NCBI GenBank assembly: GCA_963761305.1
Contig: CAVXGK010000002.1
Location: forward strand, 1,184,001 to 1,248,000
Reading direction: 5' to 3'
Length of the DNA stretch: 64,000 nucleotides
From: an uncultured Gemmatimonadaceae bacterium
GTDB taxonomy: Bacteria > Gemmatimonadota > Gemmatimonadetes > Gemmatimonadales > Gemmatimonadaceae
The first letter of the stretch is position 1, and every line of letters starts with the position of its first letter. Below the pieces are notes generated by a model. It did not search any database. It saw only the letters and a program-made list of their open reading frames with translations, and was not told the origin of the DNA. A program made the translations under genes and the position numbers. Positions 31,575-40,000 of the stretch are shown piece by piece.

Positions 31575-32801
31575 TTAACGGACGATCGCCTGCGCGAGGA
31601 ACGACGTTCCGCGACCGCGAAACGCGATACCGAACCACTCGGCGATGGTCGCGCCGAGGTCCGAGAAAGTTGTTCGGGTGCCGAGATCGACGGGCCGGAC
31701 TCGCGGTCCGAGGACCAGCAGCGGCACATACTCACGCGCGTGGTCGGTCGACGCGGTCGTCGGATCGTTTCCGTGGTCGGCAGTAATGAAGAGCAGATCG
31801 TCCCCTTTAAGCGAGGCCAACAATGTCGGGAGCGCCGCGTCGAATTCGCACAGCGCCCCGTAAAACCCCGCAGTGTCGTTTCGGTGCCCGAAAGCTTGAT
31901 CGAAATCTACCAAGTTCGCGAAAAGTAACCCGCGCGCACCTGACCCCCCGTTCGGCTCGTCCCCTTTTCCCTTATTCGACCCTGCTTCTACCCCTCCCCC
32001 ACGAAGCCATTCGAGAATCGCCGAGATCCCATCGGCGTTGCTGGCCGTGTGTCGCGACTGAATCGCGCGGCCCGCGAACAGGTCATCGACCTTGCCGACT
32101 CCGGAGCGCGGCACGCCTGCGGCGGCAAGCGCGTCGAGGAGCGTCTCGGATGGCGGTGCGATCGAGAAGTCACGTCGGTTTTTCGTTCGCGAGTACGTGC
32201 CGGGCTTGCCGACGAAGGGCCGGGCGATGACCCGCGAGACGTCGTTCGGGGCCACGAGCATCTCTCGGGCCACTTCGCACGCTCGGTACAGCTCGGCCAA
32301 GGGCACGACCTGCTCGTGCGCGGCGAGCTGAAACACCGAATCGGCCGACGTATAAAGAATTAACGCGCCGGTTCGTTCGTGCTCCGGTCCGAACTGGTCG
32401 ATCACCGCCGTTCCACTCCCCACCACGTTGGCGATGACCGGCCGTCTCACTCGGCGTTCGAATTCCGCCACGAGCTCTTTCGGAAATCCGCGGGGATACG
32501 TCGGAAACGCGCGCGCGAGATGCACGCCGGCGATCTCCCAATGCCCGGTCGTGCTGTCCTTCCCCGCCGAGTCGGGGACCATCCGACCCCACGCGCCGTC
32601 GCCATGGCGCACGGCCGGCACTCCCGCCAGCGGCGCGATGTTGCCGAGCCCCGCCCGCTCGAGATTCGGCAGCGAAAATCCGTCGACAGCGCGCGAGAGA
32701 TTTCCGAGCGTGTCGCTGCCGCGATCGCCGTAGTCGCCCGCGTCGGGGGCTTCCCCGATGCCGACGCCGTCGAGCACGATAATCGCGGCCCGGCGCGTCA
32801 T
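31575..32801 (-). CDS. deoB: Phosphopentomutase
   Basis: ATG 32801; VLDGVGIG, GKDSTTGHWE, YTSADSVFQ, NLVDFD..GHRND, TADHGNDP, HAREYVP. Confidence 0.96.
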   Translation of the reverse strand: MTRRAAIIVLDGVGIGEAPDAGDYGDRGSDTLGNLSRAVDGFSLPNLERAGLGNIAPLAGVPAVRHGDGAWGRMVPDSAGKDSTTGHWEIAGVHLARAFPTYPRGFPKELVAEFERRVRRPVIANVVGSGTAVIDQFGPEHERTGALILYTSADSVFQLAAHEQVVPLAELYRACEVAREMLVAPNDVSRVIARPFVGKPGTYSRTKNRRDFSIAPPSETLLDALAAAGVPRSGVGKVDDLFAGRAIQSRHTASNADGISAILEWLRGGGVEAGSNKGKGDEPNGGSGARGLLFANLVDFDQAFGHRNDTAGFYGALCEFDAALPTLLASLKGDDLLFITADHGNDPTTASTDHAREYVPLLVLGPRVRPVDLGTRTTFSDLGATIAEWFGIAFRGRGTSFLAQAIVR

Positions 32802-33880
32802 TCGGCTTTCGCTCCCACGTACGTGCGAGGCAAGCGCCCGCGCAGCCCGGTGAGGACCTCGTACGGACTGAGTCCGCCGAACGCCGCGAGGTCCACGACC
32901 GTGATTTCTTCCGTGCCGTCCCTGCCGATCAGCGTCGCGACGTCGCCGACGGCGCAATCCGCGTTGGTGACGTCGAGCATCGTCATGTCCATCGTCACCA
33001 CGCCGACGACCGGCGCGCGGCGCCCCCCGACCAACGCCGCCGCGCGGTTGCCGAGCGCGCGGCGGTAGCCGTCGGCGTAGCCGATCCCGAGCGTCGCGAT
33101 CCGACGACGCCCGTCGGCTCTATAAGACGCGCCGTAGCTCACCGTCTCGCCGTCGTCGATCGTGCGGATTTCAACGACCCGTGCGCGCACCGCGGCCACC
33201 GGCTGCGCCGGCAGCTCGCTCTCATGCGCGAGGCCGACGCCGTAAAGGAAGACTCCCGGGCGCGCGAGGCTCCACGGCGACTTGCCGCGCCGATCGACTG
33301 CCGCGCTGTTTTCGGCGTGCAACATCGGCGGTCGCACGGGGAGCCCGGCGAGCGCGCGCTCGAACCGCTCCTCCTGGACCGCGCGGGATTCGTCGCTCGT
33401 GTCGGCCGAATGAAAGTGTGTGAAGGCACCTTCGGGCGGATACGCCGCGACAGCCTCGCGAATCGAATCGATCTCGTTCCATTGAACGCCGGCTCGGCTC
33501 ATGCCTGTGTCGATCGCCAACTGCCACGCGAGTCCGGTCGACCGCCAACGAAGAATCGCGTCGCTCGCGGCCAGGGTCGGCGTCAATCGCGCGCTCGCCG
33601 CCGCGGCGAGGTCGGTGAGCAAGAGCGGCGTGAACACGACGATCGGCCGCGTCACGCCGGCGGCGCGCAGCTCCTCGCCCTCGTCGATCGTGGCGACGCC
33701 GTACCCCCACGGGTCGAGCCGCTCCAACGCCCGCGCAACCGGCACGGCGCCGAGGCCGTAGGCGTCGGCCTTGACCATGGGCAGCAACGGAACGCCGGCG
33801 CGTGCAGCGTAGGCGGCTCCGTTTCGCAAGAGCGCGCCGAGGTCGACCTCGACCCAGGCGCGCGCGTTCAAGTCGTACAT
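32798..33880 (-). CDS. alr: Alanine racemase
   Basis: VKADAYG PLP-lysine motif, DTGMSR, RPG..LYG, VSYG, GYADG, TMDM. Confidence 0.96.
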   Translation of the reverse strand: MYDLNARAWVEVDLGALLRNGAAYAARAGVPLLPMVKADAYGLGAVPVARALERLDPWGYGVATIDEGEELRAAGVTRPIVVFTPLLLTDLAAAASARLTPTLAASDAILRWRSTGLAWQLAIDTGMSRAGVQWNEIDSIREAVAAYPPEGAFTHFHSADTSDESRAVQEERFERALAGLPVRPPMLHAENSAAVDRRGKSPWSLARPGVFLYGVGLAHESELPAQPVAAVRARVVEIRTIDDGETVSYGASYRADGRRRIATLGIGYADGYRRALGNRAAALVGGRRAPVVGVVTMDMTMLDVTNADCAVGDVATLIGRDGTEEITVVDLAAFGGLSPYEVLTGLRGRLPRTYVGAKAE

Positions 33881-33897
33881 TGACCGGTGATTCCGAA

Positions 33898-33916
33898 GTC
33901 CGGTAGTATACCGGAC
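33898..33916. promoter_or_regulatory. Palindrome over the -10 boxes of the divergent alr/mazG promoters
   Basis: GTCCGGTA-GTA-TACCGGAC; TAGTAT on plus with TTGACC 18 nt upstream; TATACT on minus. Confidence 0.55.
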
Positions 33917-33927
33917 CCCTGGAGGCT

Positions 33928-34692
33928 ATGCAAGTGAAACCGTCGCTTGAAGATACGCTGTTGCTGATGCGCGATCTCCGCGCGCGCTGTGATTGGGACG
34001 CGGCGCAGACGCACGAGTCGCTGCGGCCATATCTGATCGAGGAGGCATACGAGGTCGACGACGCGATCCGCGGCGGCGACGACGCCAAGCTCCGGGAGGA
34101 GCTCGGCGACCTCCTTTTGCAGGTCTTGTTTCACTCCGTTCTGGCCGAAGAACGCGGCGCGTTCGACATGTACGACGTCGCCGATACGTTCATCACCAAG
34201 ATGAAGGCGCGGCACCCGCATCTGTACGGCGACGGCGTGAAGCAGCCGTGGGAACGTATGAAGGCGTCGCGCCGCGACAGCATCGTCGACGGCCTCCCCG
34301 CCGACCTCCCCGCCCTGCACCGCGCGTTTCGCCTGCAGGATCGCGCCGCCGGCGTCGGATTCGACTGGCCGGGCGTCGAAGGACCGTTGGAGAAGGTTGA
34401 TGAGGAAATTCGTGAGGTGCGCGACGAGCTCGCGTCCGCGGCCGATGACGGTCCCAGTCGCGAGCGGCTCGCTGGCGAGCTGGGCGATCTTCTGTTCGCC
34501 GTCGTGAACCTCTGTCGCAAGGCCGACGTCCACCCGGCGCTTGCCCTCGACGCGGCGAACGTCAAGTTCGCGCGTCGCTTCACCGCCGTCGAACGGATCG
34601 CCGCCTCGCGCGGGCTGGTGCTCGGCAAGGCGTCGCTCGGCGAGTTGGACGCGATCTGGAACGAGGTGAAGCGCGAGGAGCCCAGCGCCTAG
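33928..34692 (+). CDS. mazG: Nucleoside triphosphate pyrophosphohydrolase
   Basis: CDWDAAQTHESL..EEAYE, EELGDLLLQV, GFDW, ELGDLLF; GGAGG RBS. Confidence 0.96.
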   Translation: MQVKPSLEDTLLLMRDLRARCDWDAAQTHESLRPYLIEEAYEVDDAIRGGDDAKLREELGDLLLQVLFHSVLAEERGAFDMYDVADTFITKMKARHPHLYGDGVKQPWERMKASRRDSIVDGLPADLPALHRAFRLQDRAAGVGFDWPGVEGPLEKVDEEIREVRDELASAADDGPSRERLAGELGDLLFAVVNLCRKADVHPALALDAANVKFARRFTAVERIAASRGLVLGKASLGELDAIWNEVKREEPSA

Positions 34693-34716
34693 GCCGCGTC
34701 CGCCGCGCCATTCGCC

Positions 34717-34745
34717 TTGACGTTTTGCACCGGGGCGCGGAGTGT
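34717..34745 (+). promoter_or_regulatory. Possible promoter of the downstream secreted protein
   Basis: TTGACG-17 nt-GAGTGT, 9 nt before ATG 34755; the -10 box is non-consensus. Confidence 0.35.
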
Positions 34746-34754
34746 TGTCAGCTG

Positions 34755-36422
34755 ATGCGCCTCTCACTTCCACCCGTGTGTCGAGGCGCGGCCGCCGCCG
34801 CGGCGTGCGCGCTCGCGGCGTGCGTGTCGTCGCCCATGGCCGCGCAGGAGCTGCGCGGCATCGTGCGTGACAGCGTGGCGCGACAGCCGATTCCGGCGGT
34901 CGTGCTCATTGTCGCCGACTCCGACGGCACGCCGATCGTTCGCAAGCTCACGGACGAGCGGGGCGCGTTCCGCATGCAGCTGCCCGCGGGCGCTCGACGG
35001 CTACAACTCTTGCGCATCGGATTCCGGCCGCGCGACGTCACACTTCCCGCGCCCGTGGACGGCGTGATCGCGCTCGACCTCTCGATGCGGATGATCCCCA
35101 CGCTGCTCGAGCCGGTCCGCGTGCTCGACTCGCCGAACTGTCCGCGCCGCGACGATCGCGCCGCCGCGTTCGCGCTGTGGGACCAGGCGCGCTCGGCGCT
35201 CCTCGCGGCCGTCGTCGCGCGCGAGACGGAGAAGGCGGTGATCAAGCGGCTGCACTTCGACCGGCAGTTGACGAGCGACGGATTCACGCCGCTCAGCCAG
35301 GTGGTCCAGGTCGACTCGAGCGCGGGCGCGCGGCCGTTCGTCGCGACGCACCAGGCGGCGGAGTTCATCGAACGCGGATTCGTCGACGACAGCGCCAACG
35401 TGGCCGTGTTCAACGGACCGGACGCGGACGTGATGCTCGACGACGCGTTTCCGCGCGGCTACTGCTTCCGGCTCGCCGATGCCGATCGCGATCGCCCGCA
35501 TCAGATCGGGCTCGCGTTCGAGGCGGCGTCGCACAAGCGCGGACGCGTCGACGTCGAAGGGGCCGTGTGGATCGACTCGACCAGCCGGTCGCTCGTCGAG
35601 ATCGTCTTTCGCTATGTCGGTATCGACCAGCGCTTCGACAAGTTCGAGCCGGGCGGCCGGGTGTCGTTTCAGACGATGGCCGACGGTGCGCCGATCATCG
35701 ATCGCTGGCTCATTCGCCCGATCGGTGTTCCGGAGACGTCGCGCAACGTCCACGTGTCGACGACTGACTTGCACGAAAGCGGCGGCGAGGTGGCCCGCGC
35801 GCGCTGGGAGGACGGTAAGACCTGGGTCGCGCCGCTCGGCACATTGACGGGCATCGTGACGCTGGACCGTCGTCCGGCGGGCGACCGAGTCGTCACGCTG
35901 GCCGGAACCGACTACGCGGCGGTAAGCGATTCGGCGGGACATTTCACGATCCCGGATCTCGTCCCCGGTCCTTACTCGGTCGCCGTCGCCGACACCCTGC
36001 TCGCGCCGCTCGAGATTGTGCTCAAGACGCAGGTGTCGTTCGTGGCCGCACGCGATTCGACGTTCTCCGTCGTGTTCGAGGCGCCGACGGCCGAGGACTA
36101 CGCCGCGCAAAGGTGCTCGCGAAAACCGCCGGAGCCGGGACACGCAATCATCGTCGGGCGGGCGCTGTTGCCGGACGGTTCACCGGTGGCCTCCGCCCAA
36201 GTGGAGGCGGGACTGCTGTCCGACGCCGGCGTCGTGCACCTCTCGAAGGAGAGAACCGACGCGCGCGGACTCTTTCACATCTGCAACGTTCCGGTCGGCG
36301 CCAAGCTACAAGTGCACATCGAGCACGATTCGCGAACGGGGTTGCTGTCCGCCACCGACATCCACGACGTGATCCACAACGTGGAAGCGTGGCGCCTCAC
36401 GCTCCACGCGGTCTCTCGATAG
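34755..36422 (+). CDS. Secreted protein with repeated carboxypeptidase-regulatory-like (transthyretin-fold) domains
   Basis: Signal peptide ending MAA-Q; three G.V.D/GR....P...V...TD..G.F modules. Confidence 0.75.
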   Translation: MRLSLPPVCRGAAAAAACALAACVSSPMAAQELRGIVRDSVARQPIPAVVLIVADSDGTPIVRKLTDERGAFRMQLPAGARRLQLLRIGFRPRDVTLPAPVDGVIALDLSMRMIPTLLEPVRVLDSPNCPRRDDRAAAFALWDQARSALLAAVVARETEKAVIKRLHFDRQLTSDGFTPLSQVVQVDSSAGARPFVATHQAAEFIERGFVDDSANVAVFNGPDADVMLDDAFPRGYCFRLADADRDRPHQIGLAFEAASHKRGRVDVEGAVWIDSTSRSLVEIVFRYVGIDQRFDKFEPGGRVSFQTMADGAPIIDRWLIRPIGVPETSRNVHVSTTDLHESGGEVARARWEDGKTWVAPLGTLTGIVTLDRRPAGDRVVTLAGTDYAAVSDSAGHFTIPDLVPGPYSVAVADTLLAPLEIVLKTQVSFVAARDSTFSVVFEAPTAEDYAAQRCSRKPPEPGHAIIVGRALLPDGSPVASAQVEAGLLSDAGVVHLSKERTDARGLFHICNVPVGAKLQVHIEHDSRTGLLSATDIHDVIHNVEAWRLTLHAVSR

Positions 36423-36449
36423 TCGCCGCCGGATTCTCCGGCGAATCCG

Positions 36450-37763
36450 CTACGGTTTGAGCCGGTGCATCATCCGCGGGAACGCGATCACCTCGCGAAT
36501 GTGCTGGAGCCCGCAGATCCAGGCGACGGTTCGCTCGAGGCCGAGACCGAACCCCGAGTGTACGAACGTGCCGTAGCGGCGGAGGTCGAGATACCAGTCG
36601 TACGCGTCGACCGGCAGCCCTTCCTCGTGGATTCGGTGCAGGAGCTTCTCGAGATCGTCCTCGCGCTGCGATCCGCCGATGATCTCGCCGTATCCTTCCG
36701 GCGCGAGGCAGTCGTCGCAGAGCACCGTGCGCGGGTCGGCGGGATTCTCCTTCATGTAGAACGCCTTCGCCTGCTTGGGATAGTTCATCACGAACACGGG
36801 ACGGTCGTAGTCGGCGACGATCAGCGCCTCGTCTTCCGCGCCGAGGTCGTCGCCCCAGACGGTCGCGCTTCCCTTCCCCTGTACGATCTTCACGGCGTCG
36901 GCGTAGTCCACGCGATGGAACGGCGGCTTCACACGCTCCAGCGGTGCGGTGTCTCGCTCGAGCTCCTTCAATTCAGCGCCACGCCGCTCGAGGCACCGTT
37001 GCACGAGGAACGAGACGAAATCCTCCTGCAGCCGCATGTTGTCGGCTGAGTCGTTCCACGCGACCTCCGGCTCGATCATCCAGAATTCGGTGAGATGCCG
37101 GCGCGTCTTCGACTTCTCGGCGCGGAAGGTCGGACCGAACGTGTAGATCCGCCCGAACGCCGCGGCTGCTGCTTCGCCGTACAGCTGGCCGGTCTGCGCG
37201 AGGTATGCCGTCCCCTCGTCGAAGTACTTCGTCTCGAATAGCCCGCTCCGCTCGCCGATCGCCGCGGTGAGGATCGGCGTATCGACGCGGAGGAATCCGC
37301 GCTCGTAGAAAAAGTCGTGGATCGCCTGCTCGATCTCGTTGCGAATCGAAAAGATCGCGCGTACACGATTGCTGCGCAGCCAAAAGTGCCGGTGGTCGAG
37401 CAGGAAATCGATGCCGTGCTCTTTCGGCTGGATCGGATAGTCGAGCGGGCTCGGTCCGACGATTGTGAGGCCGGTCACTCCGAGCTCGTATCCGCCCGGC
37501 GCGCGCGGCTCGGCACGCACTTCGCCGGACACATGCACCGACGCTTCGAGTGTAAGTTCCTTGAAGCGCTCCCACACCTCCGGTGGCAATTGCGTCTTGA
37601 CGAAAACCGCTTGAACGATGCCGGTCCCGTCGCGCAGCACGGCGAACGCTACTTTCCCCGACGATCGAACATGCGTCACCCAACCGCGAACGGTGGCGGT
37701 CTGGCCGACGAACTGGTTGAGCTCAGCGATGCGCGGGGTAGGCGTCGACGCGGAATCGGCCAT
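36450..37763 (-). CDS. asnS: Asparagine--tRNA ligase
   Basis: VRGWV..RSSGK OB fold, YLAQTGQLY, GPTFRAEKSKTRRHLTEFWMIEPE, EIIGGSQRE, GFGLGLER. Confidence 0.95.
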   Translation of the reverse strand: MADSASTPTPRIAELNQFVGQTATVRGWVTHVRSSGKVAFAVLRDGTGIVQAVFVKTQLPPEVWERFKELTLEASVHVSGEVRAEPRAPGGYELGVTGLTIVGPSPLDYPIQPKEHGIDFLLDHRHFWLRSNRVRAIFSIRNEIEQAIHDFFYERGFLRVDTPILTAAIGERSGLFETKYFDEGTAYLAQTGQLYGEAAAAAFGRIYTFGPTFRAEKSKTRRHLTEFWMIEPEVAWNDSADNMRLQEDFVSFLVQRCLERRGAELKELERDTAPLERVKPPFHRVDYADAVKIVQGKGSATVWGDDLGAEDEALIVADYDRPVFVMNYPKQAKAFYMKENPADPRTVLCDDCLAPEGYGEIIGGSQREDDLEKLLHRIHEEGLPVDAYDWYLDLRRYGTFVHSGFGLGLERTVAWICGLQHIREVIAFPRMMHRLKP

Positions 37764-37885
37764 GGTGGTTCGCGGGTGAGTCGAGGGGATCGAGTGGGCC
37801 GGACTGCACCTTCTGTGGCGAGAGGCTTAACGCTACACGTGCCTTTCGTTCGTGGGTACCCCTGGTACCCCTGGGCCCAGCACGA

Positions 37886-39388
37886 ATGAAGCTCCGCTCG
37901 CGGCTCGGACTCGGCCTGGGGCTCATCGCGATCATTCTGGTCGGTCCGCTCGTATACGCCATCCGCGAGATCGACCAGCTGAAGGACGACGCCGAGCTGC
38001 TTCGTAACCGCGACTTCGCGGCGTCTCAACTCATCGGCCGGCTGCGTGACGGACTCAACGACCTGGGTCGCGCCGAACTGGCCCTGCTCTTCGCCCGAAA
38101 AATCGCCGACAGTGAAGCGATGGACCGCGAACTGACGCGCGTCGCCTCACTGACCGACTCGTTGAATCGGTTTCAGTTGCCGGATTTCGCGCGAGGGATC
38201 GAGACGTCGGTCGACAGCATGGCCAAGGTCGCGCCGTCGGAATTCAACGCGGCGCTCAAGGGCGATACGCTGACCGCGGACACGCTGTCGGCGCGGCAAT
38301 TCGTTCCCGCCCTCACCCGCGCCGAGTCGCTGGTGAAGACGGCCGAGCACACGCTGTCGAATCGGACGTCGGGCGACGTGCAGCGGGAGGCCGGGCGCAT
38401 CCGAATCATCGCCTCGGGCTCCGTCATCGCGTTGGCATTGGCGCTCGCCGTCGCGGCCGTCGTCGCGTTCCTTCTCACGCGGTCGATTAGCGAACCGATT
38501 CTCGACCTGCGCGCGGGCATGCGCGCCGTCGCCGACGGCGATCTCACCTATCGGCTGGCCACCGCGCGCGGCAAATCGGACGAGTTCGGCCAACTGGCGT
38601 CGAGCTTCAGCGAGATGACGCGCCAGCTCTCCGAGCTCGACAAACTCAAGGCGGAGTTCGTTTCCGTGGCGTCGCACGAGCTCAAGACGCCGATCAATGT
38701 GATGGTCGGCTATCTACAGCTCCTCGACGAGGGACTCTACGGGCCGGTGGATCCCAAGCAGCGCGAGGTGCACCGCACGCTCATCACGCAGGCGAACGCG
38801 CTGGCGCGTCTGGTGACGCAGCTGCTCGACGTCAGCCGCTTCGAGGCGGGCGGCGGCCGGCTCGAGCCGCGCACCGTGAACCTCGACGAGATGCTCGCTG
38901 GGCTCGAGCGTGCGTTCCACGTGCTCGCCGTGCAGCGCGAGGTCGAATTCCACGTACGCCGCGACCCCGGGCTGCCGGACGAGGTGTACTGGGACGTCGA
39001 TCAAATCGACGAGGTCGTCGGCAACCTGCTGTCCAACGCCTTCAAGTTCACGCCGCATGGTGGAACCGTTTCTCTCGTGCTCGAGCCCGATCAAAAAAAG
39101 GGCCTCATCATGCGGGTGCGGGACACGGGAGCGGGAATTCCGCCGGAGCAACTCCCGAGAATCTTCGAAAAGTTTTACCAGGCGGACAACCAGCGGGCTG
39201 CCCGAGCGGGCGGGACCGGCTTGGGACTTGCCATCGCCAAGGAGATCGTCGAAGCCCATGGAGGCTCGATTTCGTGCGAGAGCACACTTGGAGTCGGCAC
39301 GACGTTCACGATCAGGCTGCCCCTTCGTGCCGCGCGGCGCTCGATCGCCCAGCGCGCAACGCCGGCCGTGGTGACCGCGGCGCTGTGA
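37886..39388 (+). CDS. Membrane HAMP sensor histidine kinase
   Basis: Two TM helices around a helical periplasmic domain; HAMP (DEFGQL); SHELKTP; NLLSNAFKF, DTGAGI, GTGLGL. Confidence 0.95.
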   Translation: MKLRSRLGLGLGLIAIILVGPLVYAIREIDQLKDDAELLRNRDFAASQLIGRLRDGLNDLGRAELALLFARKIADSEAMDRELTRVASLTDSLNRFQLPDFARGIETSVDSMAKVAPSEFNAALKGDTLTADTLSARQFVPALTRAESLVKTAEHTLSNRTSGDVQREAGRIRIIASGSVIALALALAVAAVVAFLLTRSISEPILDLRAGMRAVADGDLTYRLATARGKSDEFGQLASSFSEMTRQLSELDKLKAEFVSVASHELKTPINVMVGYLQLLDEGLYGPVDPKQREVHRTLITQANALARLVTQLLDVSRFEAGGGRLEPRTVNLDEMLAGLERAFHVLAVQREVEFHVRRDPGLPDEVYWDVDQIDEVVGNLLSNAFKFTPHGGTVSLVLEPDQKKGLIMRVRDTGAGIPPEQLPRIFEKFYQADNQRAARAGGTGLGLAIAKEIVEAHGGSISCESTLGVGTTFTIRLPLRAARRSIAQRATPAVVTAAL

Positions 39389-39993
39389 GTCATCTCACAA
39401 CGCGCCGGGCGTTGGTGGCGGTCGCGTGTGGTCTCGCGGTTGCGTGCGCGCCGATCAACAAAGTCATCGGCCCGACTCCGGCTCGCTCCTGGTCCGGCGT
39501 CCTGTCGCGCGCTCGAGGCCTGGCTGCGCGGGGCGAATTCGACCTCGCCGACAGCACCCTCGCCGACTTCGCCAAGCGATATCCCGCGAGCGAAGAGGCG
39601 TTGGAGACGTCATACTGGCGCGCGCTGTTCGCGCTCGATCCGTCCAATCGCGCGCAGTCGGTCACGGGCGCGATCGCGTCGCTCGATTCATACCTCGCCG
39701 ACACGCGGCCGCGCGAGCACGTGCTCGAAGCCACGACACTGCGCCGCGTCGCCGGGCAGCTCGACGCGCTCAACCGACTCGCGGCGAGCGCGATCGCTCA
39801 GGCAAAGGATGCGAACGCCGCGGCGGCGATCGCCCGCACGCTGTCGGACGCGCGCATCGAAACTCCGAAACCGGCGAGCGACAGCGCCTCGCAAGACGCC
39901 GAGATCCACCGGCTGAAGGACGAATTGGCGAAAGCGAACGCCGAGCTCGACCGAATTCGGCGCCGACTCACACCACCGCCGGCCGGTCGCTGA
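39385..39993 (+). CDS. Helical lipoprotein with a TPR-like region and C-terminal coiled coil
   Basis: GTG overlapping the kinase stop (GTGA); lipobox AVA-C; EIHRLKDELAKANAELDRIRRRL. Confidence 0.75.
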   Translation: MSHLTTRRALVAVACGLAVACAPINKVIGPTPARSWSGVLSRARGLAARGEFDLADSTLADFAKRYPASEEALETSYWRALFALDPSNRAQSVTGAIASLDSYLADTRPREHVLEATTLRRVAGQLDALNRLAASAIAQAKDANAAAAIARTLSDARIETPKPASDSASQDAEIHRLKDELAKANAELDRIRRRLTPPPAGR

Positions 39994-40000
39994 ACGGCGA

